Below, piece by piece: positions 25,676-34,444 of a stretch of DNA of 64,000 nt. Position numbers and translations under genes: made by a program. Each line of letters opens with the position of its first letter. Within the stretch, counting starts at the first letter, position 1. The DNA comes from a virus. Under the pieces are notes generated by a model. The model searched no databases, had not been told where the DNA came from, and saw only the letters and a program-made list of their open reading frames with translations. Location of the stretch: IMG/VR virus record IMGVR_UViG_3300007511_001080, positions 2,264 through 66,263 of that record. The stretch is one strand, 5' to 3'.

Positions 25676-26899
25676 TCACACAGGAACCATTTCTGCTTTA
25701 GGTTTTGAGTAACCCCGAATCATTTTGATTTCATCCTGAGTTACGAACTCACCTTGGCCAATAGTATAGGCGGCATGACCAAATTCTGCTAGGTCAATAC
25801 CTTGTGTTTCTTCTTCAACTGAAACTCTCAACCCTAGTATTATTTTTACGATATACCAGACAATTAGACTTGTCGTAAATACAAACCCCCCTATAATTCC
25901 GATACCATAAAACTGGGTTAGGATTGATGCGTCTTCTTTGAAGATGCCAACTGCAAGTGTACCCCAAATTCCTGCAACAAGATGGACTGATAAAGCCCCC
26001 ACAGGGTCATCTATTTTAATTTTATCAAAAAGTGGAATTGCCAGAACTGCTAGACCTGCTCCAATAATTCCTATCATAATTGCTAAACCTATTGTTGGAT
26101 AATCTGGTCCTGCTGTAATCGAGACTAAACCAGCAAGTGCACCATTCAATACCATCGTAAGGTCAACTTTCTTATACAGAAATTGAGTTATAATCATGGC
26201 AGTTACTGCACCAGCAGCTGCGGCCATGTTGGTGTTTAAGATTACACTTGCGATTGCATTGACATCATCTTTGGTTCCCATTGCGAGTTGAGAACCACCA
26301 TTAAATCCAAACCAACCGAACCATAGAATAAAAGTACCAAGTGTTGCTAATGGTAAATTTGATGGTGGAATAAGATTCACTTTTCCATCTTCAGAATACT
26401 TACCTGTTCTTGCACCCAGAAGTATTACTCCTGCGAGTGCGGCCCATCCTCCAACGGAGTGAACTATTGTTGAACCAGCAAAATCAGAGAATCCCATTTC
26501 AGATAGAAATCCCCCGCCCCATGTCCATGCACCTTGTAGTGGATAGATAACACTAGCAAGTACAAGAACAAAAAGCATAAATGACCAGAACTTCATGCGT
26601 TCTGCAATTGTTCCCGAAATGATACTTGCTGCCGTTGCAACAAACACCACTTGGAAAAAGAAATCTGACATACCAGAATGTTCTCCGTCTGAGATACTTC
26701 CATACATCAATTGATAACCTACTATGAAGAAGGCTAGGCAGGAGAGTGAATACAGACAGATATTCTTTGTCAGAATTGCTGTTGTATTTTTGGTTCTCAC
26801 CATTCCTGCTTCTAACATTGAAAAGCCTGCCGCCATCAACATTACTAGTATACCACTAAAAAGAAGCAGAAAGGTATTTAATATATATTGAATTTCCAT
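25676..26899 (-). CDS. amt: Ammonium transporter (Amt family)
   Basis: FFFQVVF, GTIAER, DFAGSTIVH, LWFGWFGFNGGS, NGALAGLVSITA, IDDPVGALSVH; both pore histidines present. Confidence 0.96.
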   Translation of the reverse strand: MEIQYILNTFLLLFSGILVMLMAAGFSMLEAGMVRTKNTTAILTKNICLYSLSCLAFFIVGYQLMYGSISDGEHSGMSDFFFQVVFVATAASIISGTIAERMKFWSFMLFVLVLASVIYPLQGAWTWGGGFLSEMGFSDFAGSTIVHSVGGWAALAGVILLGARTGKYSEDGKVNLIPPSNLPLATLGTFILWFGWFGFNGGSQLAMGTKDDVNAIASVILNTNMAAAAGAVTAMIITQFLYKKVDLTMVLNGALAGLVSITAGPDYPTIGLAIMIGIIGAGLAVLAIPLFDKIKIDDPVGALSVHLVAGIWGTLAVGIFKEDASILTQFYGIGIIGGFVFTTSLIVWYIVKIILGLRVSVEEETQGIDLAEFGHAAYTIGQGEFVTQDEIKMIRGYSKPKAEMVPV

Positions 26900-26992
26900 A
26901 ATTCTCCTTTCAAAATGTATATATTATAATCACTTTTTAAGGGAATTATTAATCAAAAGTCGAAAAGGGGTGATTAAAAATTAATCACATAT

Positions 26993-27475
26993 TTAAAATC
27001 TTGATACAAACTTTGCTATTTGATGTACAAGAGGTAGGAGTAAAACTGCCATAAAAAGATTTACACCAGTATGTACCATTGCAATATGTCTGGTGATTCC
27101 TGTTGGAATTCCATCTGAAACAAGAAGTCCTGCAAGCCATATCGTTCCAGTAGTTCCAATGTTTGCACCAAGGACTGCACCAATCGCAGCTGGAAGAGGT
27201 AGGGCACCACCAGCAACCAGACCAATAATTGCAGTAGTAGAAAGAGAACTGGATTGCCAAAGAAGTGTCATAATAATCCCACCGAAAAACATATATATTG
27301 GATTTCCAAGAAACCATTGAAGATGGTCAATGTTACCCATCGCTTTCATACCACCTGAAAATAGTTTTAAGCCCACATAAAATATGACTAAACCAATTAA
27401 TGTTTGAATGATAGGATTATTGAATTCCATCTTCTGCACCTTCTTAATAAGTTTTGCTTTCTTCGATACTTTCAT
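26993..27475 (-). CDS. Na+/Pi cotransporter family protein (single repeat, half-size)
   Basis: LWQSSSLST, GANIGTT, AMVHTGVN; true start may be MEFNN at 27430. Confidence 0.85.
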   Translation of the reverse strand: MKVSKKAKLIKKVQKMEFNNPIIQTLIGLVIFYVGLKLFSGGMKAMGNIDHLQWFLGNPIYMFFGGIIMTLLWQSSSLSTTAIIGLVAGGALPLPAAIGAVLGANIGTTGTIWLAGLLVSDGIPTGITRHIAMVHTGVNLFMAVLLLPLVHQIAKFVSRF

Positions 27476-27500
27476 ACATTATATATTTTTCATTGATTCT

Positions 27501-27522
27501 TTAATGTTTAGAAAATGTTAAG
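27501..27522 (-). promoter_or_regulatory. Pho-box-like 11-bp direct repeat
   Basis: CTTAACATTTT CTAAACATTAA upstream of TATAAT (27478-27483) and the Na/Pi gene. Confidence 0.45.
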
Positions 27523-27577
27523 AAGACGATATATCTAAATAAAAAGAAATCGCTGGTCAAGTGATGGAAAGGATAAA

Positions 27578-27733
27578 GTGTCGAATATAAAAGAGAAAGA
27601 AAAACAACCAGATAATTATTGTGAATATGGATTTATAAGTTGTTTTGAATGTGATGAAATTTTTACTAATAAAGAAGAATTAGAAAAACATGAAAAAGAA
27701 CATTTAATAAATGAACAAGTAGTAGCAATTTAA
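27578..27733 (+). CDS. C2H2 zinc-finger microprotein (51 aa)
   Basis: GTG start after AAGGA; CFECDEIFTNKEELEKHEKEH = C-x2-C-x3-F-x5-L-x2-H-x3-H. Confidence 0.65.
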   Translation: MSNIKEKEKQPDNYCEYGFISCFECDEIFTNKEELEKHEKEHLINEQVVAI

Positions 27734-27749
27734 AAATCTAGTTCTGGTT

Positions 27750-27965
27750 TCAAGATTCTTTATACCACGAACCATCTTCTCGTTGTTTCATATTTCTCCA
27801 ATGCTTGCCCGGATAAAAAGCATCTAAATGGCAATCTTCATGAGTTAAACATTTTGTATATGGTTCATTTTTTAATATATGAGTATTTGATATTTCTTTT
27901 ATAACTAAATTACGATAAATCCCCCAACCCTCAGAAAATGGATTAGGTTGTTTAACTTTAGTCAT
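27750..27965 (-). CDS. Hypothetical protein
   Basis: 71 aa ORF with AAGGA SD. Confidence 0.55.
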   Translation of the reverse strand: MTKVKQPNPFSEGWGIYRNLVIKEISNTHILKNEPYTKCLTHEDCHLDAFYPGKHWRNMKQREDGSWYKES

Positions 27966-27991
27966 AGTTTTTTTCCTTTATTGTAAATATC

Positions 27992-28462
27992 TTAAACAGG
28001 TGCATTCCACCAGCCTTCATGCGGAAAAAATATCCAGCAATTCTCTGTATCCTTAGCCATATCTTGTGCATAATAATGTGGTTTGAATTGTGCTTCATTA
28101 TTCCACCATAAGGTTGCATATCTAACATCTACTATATTCTGTTCTGGTCCTTTTCGTGGCCCTTTAATATGTTGAGCCATTCTTTCAAATGTTTCTCCCG
28201 AATCACAAATATCATCTACAATCAAGACTCTTTCATCTGTAGGTCTGGGTAAATAATCTTCCCAAGTCGGGAAATCTCGCAATGCTGCTTTAACAGGTTT
28301 GAATGGTTTCTTGAACCAATGACTCAACATGACGCCTGGAACCAGACCACCCCTTGAAATACCAACTATTACCTGTGGGTCAAATTTGGATAATACAATC
28401 TCTCTACATAATACATTGACATCTCGCCTCATTTCCTCCCATGAATACCATAGTTTTTTCAT
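27992..28462 (-). CDS. Purine phosphoribosyltransferase (Gpt-like)
   Basis: VGISRGGLVP and VLIVDDICDSGET PRPP-binding loop. Confidence 0.88.
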   Translation of the reverse strand: MKKLWYSWEEMRRDVNVLCREIVLSKFDPQVIVGISRGGLVPGVMLSHWFKKPFKPVKAALRDFPTWEDYLPRPTDERVLIVDDICDSGETFERMAQHIKGPRKGPEQNIVDVRYATLWWNNEAQFKPHYYAQDMAKDTENCWIFFPHEGWWNAPV

Positions 28463-29460
28463 GAAAATACCTCATTTAATTGTCGATTAACTCTTACGAA
28501 AGTTGTACACTTAGGTAAGTCCTTTATAGTTCTTGCACCCGCATAAGTACAAGCACTTCTCAATCCACCTATAATTTCTTCTATAGTATCTTTAACTGGT
28601 CCTTTATAATCAACATAAACCACCTTTCCTTCTGATGCACGATGTGATTGTTTTTCTCCATAATATTTGAGTTGTGCATCTTCAGAAGACATGCCATAAA
28701 ATTTCATTTTAGCACCACGATGATTCCCCACCTTTTCACCACTACATTCAGCGTGGCCGGCCAACATACCACCTAACATTACAAAGTCGGCACCAGCCCC
28801 AAAGCTCTTTGCTATATCCCCCACCACTGTGCAACCGCCGTCTGTGATGATATGACCGCCGAGACCGTGCGCTGCATCTGCACACTCCATCGTTGCACTC
28901 AGTTGTGGATAACCAATGCCTGTCATCTTGCGAGTTGTACATACTGAGCCAGGGCCTATCCCAACTTTTACAATATCGGCTCCTGCTAATATTATTTGTT
29001 CCGTCGCTTCTGGTGTGCATACATTCCCCGCTATGATTATTTTGTCCTTGGTTGCCTCGTGTCCTCTCATTTTTGCAACATAATCATTAAATCGCTCTGT
29101 ATATCCATTTGCCACATCAAGACATATCCATCTTGAATCATCATAGTCTAATACATCTAAATCTTGGTCTAATCCAATTGTCTGTATGAGATTTCTAGTA
29201 CTATCAAGATTACTTGGCCATTTGGTAAATTTACAGAGTGCAGTCAACATCCCCTTCTTACTCAATTCCTTAAACATATTCAAGGTTCCTGTATGATCCA
29301 TATTGGATGCAATTATAGGAATACCTTCCCAATCCCTATTTGAATGTCTAAATTTGAATTTTCGTGCTAACCAAGCATCTTTGCGTGAGAACAGAGTAGA
29401 TCTCTTTGGTTTGATCAATACATCGCTAAAGTCGAGTTTTACCTCTTCAATTATTCTCAT
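28459..29460 (-). CDS. guaC: GMP reductase
   Basis: MRIIEEVKLDFSDVLIKPKRS, CLDVANGY, KVGIGPGSVCTTR, GYPQLSA, FYGMSS, RASEG, GGLRSACTY. Confidence 0.93.
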   Translation of the reverse strand: MRIIEEVKLDFSDVLIKPKRSTLFSRKDAWLARKFKFRHSNRDWEGIPIIASNMDHTGTLNMFKELSKKGMLTALCKFTKWPSNLDSTRNLIQTIGLDQDLDVLDYDDSRWICLDVANGYTERFNDYVAKMRGHEATKDKIIIAGNVCTPEATEQIILAGADIVKVGIGPGSVCTTRKMTGIGYPQLSATMECADAAHGLGGHIITDGGCTVVGDIAKSFGAGADFVMLGGMLAGHAECSGEKVGNHRGAKMKFYGMSSEDAQLKYYGEKQSHRASEGKVVYVDYKGPVKDTIEEIIGGLRSACTYAGARTIKDLPKCTTFVRVNRQLNEVFS

Positions 29461-29761
29461 CTTGCCCTTCCGACCCAAATGAGTAGTGATAAAGTAAACA
29501 AACATAGTGCATACATTTGAGAAGATCCTTCCGATTCTTCCCATTTTTCTTACCAAATCGAAAGAGATACTTCATCGCACAGCCACGAGTGAATTCTTCC
29601 GAAATGTCCATTTGTTCAAATACATCTTGTATCTGAATATTTTTTCCACCACCTGTGTAGTGTTCGCCATAAGTACTTTTTATGTACTCACGGACTTCAT
29701 CTAAAATCAAATCTTCATTATATTTAAAAAGCAACTTCCTTGCTTCATCTTCACTTGTCAT
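29447..29761 (-). CDS. DUF3310/SaV-like protein
   Basis: STYGEHY...AMKYLFRFGKKNGKNRKDLLK..HY. Confidence 0.75.
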   Translation of the reverse strand: MTSEDEARKLLFKYNEDLILDEVREYIKSTYGEHYTGGGKNIQIQDVFEQMDISEEFTRGCAMKYLFRFGKKNGKNRKDLLKCMHYVCLLYHYSFGSEGQDENN

Positions 29762-29773
29762 AATAAATCCTAA

Positions 29774-29944
29774 TTAAAAGGGTTTGAACTCCTTTTGTTT
29801 CACACCTTCCTTATAGAGTTCACAAGGAACTTCATTCTTTTGATACTCAACATACTTATTATAAGCTTGTTGATAATCTGAATATAAATGATTTCCCTTT
29901 TCTGTCTCCACTTGAAAGGTAGGTAACTCAACAGTATAGGCCAT
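29774..29944 (-). CDS. Small hypothetical protein (56 aa, MAYTVELPTFQVETEKG...)
   Basis: Manual translation; AAGGA SD. Confidence 0.55.
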   Translation of the reverse strand: MAYTVELPTFQVETEKGNHLYSDYQQAYNKYVEYQKNEVPCELYKEGVKQKEFKPF

Positions 29945-29994
29945 GGGATTCCTTAATGTAAAAGTTACTTGATTACTAGCAAAAAGTATTTAGG

Positions 29995-30128
29995 AAAAAG
30001 AGGTGCTAGGTCAGTAGCCCGCCACATTCTCATAATGTGCCGAGAATGGCTCCTTTACGCTACATCATTAAGCGGGTGACTAAATCCGCCATAGGGGATG
30101 TGAAGGTTAGTCACACCTACGACTCCCA
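29995..30128 (-). ncRNA. Candidate structured small RNA (~130 nt) with CAUCCCC loop
   Basis: GC-rich intergenic; stems GUGACUAA/UUAGUCAC, CGCU/AGCG, AUUCUC/GAGAAU; closing UAGGU/ACCUA; 3' U tract. Confidence 0.6.
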
Positions 30129-30130
30129 AG

Positions 30131-30592
30131 CTATAACACCTCTATTGCCTGTTCGATGTTACTTTTGAATTCCGAAATAGAACCTTCAGATTCGCGACGA
30201 ACACCGACTGCTTTATCATCAATCCATACATCATATAGTGGTTTGAATACTGCTACATCATTGTACTTGACTCCCCAATCGTCAAGTTGTTTTCTGGTTT
30301 CTTCAAGATAGTCTTCACCATCCCAACAACCTCTAGCTGTCCAATAATGTAGAAAATGACCTTCATCATATAAACTATTCATATATTCTATTCTTTTTGG
30401 ATAAGGAACAGCTTCTCTAAATCCAAATTGGTCATCGCCAGACTTTGGGTCGCCTGGACAATGACAGATAGTTCCATCAATGTCTACCATAATATACTTT
30501 TTACCCATTTCGTGAGCCTTTTCAGACATTAAGACTCTACGAGTGATTTCTTGTTTTATATGGTCACCTACTGTCAACTCGCCATCTGCCAT
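30131..30592 (-). CDS. HAD-superfamily phosphatase
   Basis: VDIDGTI, WTARG, KP..DVWIDDKA. Confidence 0.85.
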   Translation of the reverse strand: MADGELTVGDHIKQEITRRVLMSEKAHEMGKKYIMVDIDGTICHCPGDPKSGDDQFGFREAVPYPKRIEYMNSLYDEGHFLHYWTARGCWDGEDYLEETRKQLDDWGVKYNDVAVFKPLYDVWIDDKAVGVRRESEGSISEFKSNIEQAIEVL

Positions 30593-30744
30593 TCTTCTTC
30601 CTCATAGTAATCATCGTCAAATTCATCAACAAAATCTTCTGGTCTATTTCCTTTCAGATAATTTCTTACTTGACCCCTTTGACGTTTATTGTTTAATCTT
30701 TTTTGTTTTCTACTAGAACCAAATTTTTCAATCTGTTCTTCCAT
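30574..30744 (-). CDS. Small hypothetical protein (basic then acidic)
   Basis: Manual translation MEEQIEKFGSSRKQKRLNNKRQRG...DDDYYEEEEWQMAS. Confidence 0.5.
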   Translation of the reverse strand: MEEQIEKFGSSRKQKRLNNKRQRGQVRNYLKGNRPEDFVDEFDDDYYEEEEWQMAS

Positions 30745-31336
30745 TGTGTCTGCCCTTTCTTAATAATTTCTTTTGTTTTCTTCTAGCAGACTGCAAGAAA
30801 ACTTTACTCACCTTGTCTAAAAATGTATTACCTTTCATGTGGTCCATTTCATGGTGAAAGATTCTTGCAGCTAAACCCTCAAAATGTACATTAATTTCAT
30901 CTCCATCTGCATTCTGATATGTACCCTCTATTGCTTGAGGTCTTTTTACATTCAGATACAATTGTGGATAACTTAAGCAACCTTCTTTCATCATTACTGT
31001 TTCATCTGATTCCTTTGTAATTTTTGGGTTGAAACATACGATGGCATTATCTGAATCATCAACTCTCATTGCAAAAACCTTGACGGGCATCCCTATTTGA
31101 TTGGCAGACAAACCTAATCCACGATGGTAGACCATATTTTCAAGCATGACATTATGCATCCTTTTTGGGTCTGGATTTACACCAAACTGCCAATGGACAG
31201 GTTCTTTGTGTATTATTGGGTGTGATTCGTCAAGTAGTTTAATTATGTGGAATGGCAGTTCTACTTCTGTCACTTGATGTGGGTCTACACTTGGGATAAT
31301 AGACGAACTACTAGAAGGTATTATTATTTCTGCCAT
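30728..31336 (-). CDS. def: Peptide deformylase
   Basis: GLGLSANQIG, EGCLS, HEMDH. Confidence 0.93.
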   Translation of the reverse strand: MAEIIIPSSSSSIIPSVDPHQVTEVELPFHIIKLLDESHPIIHKEPVHWQFGVNPDPKRMHNVMLENMVYHRGLGLSANQIGMPVKVFAMRVDDSDNAIVCFNPKITKESDETVMMKEGCLSYPQLYLNVKRPQAIEGTYQNADGDEINVHFEGLAARIFHHEMDHMKGNTFLDKVSKVFLQSARRKQKKLLRKGRHNGRTD

Positions 31337-33048
31337 TATGCTATTCTTGAAAAATTCTTATGTTTTTCAAACTTAATTGTCTTATCAAATTTGTCATAGA
31401 GGATTTCACCTTTATGACTGATTACGAAAACATTCACATTACCAGTAAGGTCATATAATATTTTAAGAAACTCATCAGTTCCTGCTGCATCCAAAGAAGA
31501 ATCAAACACTTCATCTAATATAAGTAGATTTGTGTTCACACTATTCTTCAATTTGGCAATGGCTCTCCATGTGAAAAGAAGTGCGAGGTCAATTCGCATC
31601 TTCTCTCCTTCACTAAACGAATCATAAGTAAATTCGTCACGATGCCTCGATTTGATGGTTTCGGCGAACCCCTCATCAAGTTCAAAGGATACATAAAAAT
31701 CCATCTTTCCAAGATGAACATTAATATACTTGTTTATGATTGGTAGATATTGCTTGATTATTTTAGCTTTGATACCACCATCTTTGAGAAGATTTCCTGC
31801 AATTTCATACAGATATTTTTGGTCTGATAATCTTTCCTTCTCTTCAGTATATATATGAATGTCTTTTTTACACTCTTCCAGTTCCTTTTTATGTTCCTCA
31901 ATATCATCTTCCATATTGGAGAGTTCTTCCATCTGATAAGATACTTTCTTTATATATTGGTTACATGCTGAAATATGACTATTGATATTGATTTGTTCGT
32001 TCAAATTCCTATCATATTCTTCAGTAACCTTTTCAATCTCATCAAGTCTGGATTTTTGTCCATTAAGTTTATGCCCTAAAGACACCAATCCACCGCTCAG
32101 TTCATGCATCTTATCATGAAAATTTTCAATCATATTTTCACGATGGTCTTCTGTTATCTCCTGTTTACAAGTTTCACAAGTTTCTGTATTCTCATAAAAT
32201 TCAATGTCTCCTTCACATTTAATTATGCCCTTTTCAATACCTTTCTGGTAATCAAGTAATTTATCAATTTCCTTTCGGACTCTTTTTTCATCCGATATTG
32301 AATCATTGAGTTCTTTATTTTTGTCAAGAATTTTATCAATTTGTTCTCTATAGTCTGCAATAGCTTTTTCATGTTTCTCTATATCCTTCTTGTTTGCCTC
32401 AATTTGAGAGGTTTTATTTTCTTTGAGTTTATCTATAAGAAATTCGACATTCTCTCTTTCACCTTTAGTTAATCCAAGAGCAATATCTACTGTACCCATA
32501 TCTTCTTTGTTCTGTGCTACTCTAGCCTTGAGCAGTTGATTCATCACAGAAAAGATTTCTATATCCAGAAGGTCTTCAATAATAGCTCTTCTATCACTTG
32601 CCTTCAATTGCATAAAAGGAACAAATGAGGAATTACCCAAAATTACAATCTGAGTGAAAGACTTGTAATTGAGTTTAAGGATTGTCTTTTCAAGATATTC
32701 TTGATAATCTCTCACAGAAGCATCTTGATTGAGCATTTTACCATCTTGGTATATCTCAAAAAAGTTCTTCTTGATGCCCCTTTTTACAAGATACTGTTTG
32801 GAACCGATAGAGAACTCAATCTCTACCTCTGTGCCACTTTGATTTACTGAATTTATAAGTTGATTTTTATTGACTGCACGGAATGGTTTTCCAAACAATA
32901 CAAAGGTCAATGCATCCAGAATAGTAGACTTCCCTGCACCATTATCTCCAATGATAAGAGTTGATTTGACTCTATCTAATTGGACTTCTGTAAACGCATT
33001 ACCAGTACTTAGAACATTCTTCCAACGAATCTGCTTAAAATGAATCAC
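31336..33048 (-). CDS. gp46: Recombination endonuclease subunit gp46 (Rad50/SbcC-like)
   Basis: GDNGAGKST, CETC zinc hook, FSEGE, LILDEVFDSSLD. Confidence 0.96.
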   Translation of the reverse strand: MIHFKQIRWKNVLSTGNAFTEVQLDRVKSTLIIGDNGAGKSTILDALTFVLFGKPFRAVNKNQLINSVNQSGTEVEIEFSIGSKQYLVKRGIKKNFFEIYQDGKMLNQDASVRDYQEYLEKTILKLNYKSFTQIVILGNSSFVPFMQLKASDRRAIIEDLLDIEIFSVMNQLLKARVAQNKEDMGTVDIALGLTKGERENVEFLIDKLKENKTSQIEANKKDIEKHEKAIADYREQIDKILDKNKELNDSISDEKRVRKEIDKLLDYQKGIEKGIIKCEGDIEFYENTETCETCKQEITEDHRENMIENFHDKMHELSGGLVSLGHKLNGQKSRLDEIEKVTEEYDRNLNEQININSHISACNQYIKKVSYQMEELSNMEDDIEEHKKELEECKKDIHIYTEEKERLSDQKYLYEIAGNLLKDGGIKAKIIKQYLPIINKYINVHLGKMDFYVSFELDEGFAETIKSRHRDEFTYDSFSEGEKMRIDLALLFTWRAIAKLKNSVNTNLLILDEVFDSSLDAAGTDEFLKILYDLTGNVNVFVISHKGEILYDKFDKTIKFEKHKNFSRIA

Positions 33049-33359
33049 TTATTTTCGGTCAAAAATTGAGGTTTAGGATTATGTTCAAATCTATAATCTA
33101 AATCATGCAACTTATCTTTGATAATATTGTTTATCATAGAATTAATTGTTATGTCTCTTTCATGTGCAGCTTTTGCAACCTTCAAAAAGAGATTGTCACT
33201 AATATCAATTTCAAAAGTTTTGAATTCTTCCTCTCCAATTTTTACAGATTGTGGCCATTTTTTATCATCTATCATTGAATCAACTATTTGTTGACTCTTT
33301 TTTGCTTCTGACAATCTTTTTTCTTGTCTACGCATCTCATCCTTGTTATAGTCTGCCAT
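33045..33359 (-). CDS. Hypothetical protein between gp47 and gp46
   Basis: AHERDITINSMI motif; operon position. Confidence 0.65.
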   Translation of the reverse strand: MADYNKDEMRRQEKRLSEAKKSQQIVDSMIDDKKWPQSVKIGEEEFKTFEIDISDNLFLKVAKAAHERDITINSMINNIIKDKLHDLDYRFEHNPKPQFLTENK

Positions 33360-34444
33360 TAAATTGTCTCCATAGTTAGAGATTCAGTATACAATGATTT
33401 CATCAAAGAATCAAGTTCTTTTTTATTTTCTACTTCTAAAGAATTGACATATTTTGATAAAATCGTCATGGTATCTTCTGCTTCATCAATGAGGTCTTCA
33501 GTATCAAAGTCCTCAATATCAAAATTTTCAACTACCGATATATCCTCGGTATTTACTTTGTAAAGTTTGTCAATAAGTGTGTCAAACCAAAATGGATTCT
33601 TTTTGTTGACTACTATCACCTTTACATAACAACCTTCATATTGTGAGTAGTCCTGTGCTTGAATTTCTTCAAGTGTAGTCTTCTCATCATCATAGTAAAT
33701 CTTATGAAACATCTCATAAGGATTCAAAATAAATTCAAGCTCTCTGGTTTCAGTATCGAATATGTGAAACCCTCTTGGGTCTTTGTAATCTGACCATGTT
33801 ATCTGATATGGATTACCAAGATAATACACATTACCATTATCAGACTTGTGGTGAAAGTGGCCACTAAATGCATACTCAAACTTTTCAAACACCTTGGGTG
33901 ACAATCCCTCATAATTTACAGTACCAAGATGCATCTCAAATCCTTGTACCTCAAGATGTCCGAATAAGATTTGTGCGTCTGTCTTGGACATTGCATCCAA
34001 AGATTGTTGTTTGTTTTCTGGACATATCCAAGGCTGAAAGAATACCTTTGTCCCATCAAAGACAACTTCAGTGGGGTCATGATATATTCTTACCATGCCA
34101 CCGCCGTCACCTTCATCACCATTCATCATCATCCTGAGACAATCCATACTGTTTATGACATTTGTATTTCGCAGGAAAGTATCATGATTACCGATTATTG
34201 CATGGAGACTGATATACCTGTCCCAGCATACATCAAAAAATATTCTTCTCATATTGAAAAGACTCCTATAGTTGATATATTTTCTTCTATCAACTATATC
34301 ACCCATATGCACAACTGTACTAATATCTCTTTCTAATAGAGTAGGAAAAAAGATATTTTCATAAAAATTTTCAAAATAATTCATGAAAACTTGGCTGTCA
34401 TTGCGAGCACCAAAATGTGAATCGGTGATTATTGCGAGTTTCAT
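33359..34444 (-). CDS. gp47: Recombination endonuclease subunit gp47 (Mre11/SbcD-like)
   Basis: TDSHFG, GDIVD, GNHD, GHLE, SGHFH. Confidence 0.96.
   Translation of the reverse strand: MKLAIITDSHFGARNDSQVFMNYFENFYENIFFPTLLERDISTVVHMGDIVDRRKYINYRSLFNMRRIFFDVCWDRYISLHAIIGNHDTFLRNTNVINSMDCLRMMMNGDEGDGGGMVRIYHDPTEVVFDGTKVFFQPWICPENKQQSLDAMSKTDAQILFGHLEVQGFEMHLGTVNYEGLSPKVFEKFEYAFSGHFHHKSDNGNVYYLGNPYQITWSDYKDPRGFHIFDTETRELEFILNPYEMFHKIYYDDEKTTLEEIQAQDYSQYEGCYVKVIVVNKKNPFWFDTLIDKLYKVNTEDISVVENFDIEDFDTEDLIDEAEDTMTILSKYVNSLEVENKKELDSLMKSLYTESLTMETI

Noticed and set aside
7546-30043. 8-nt complementarity GUGCCGAG (7.5 kb RNA) / CUCGGCAC (30 kb RNA)
   Set aside because: Short enough to arise by chance between RNAs of this length, and partly within stems
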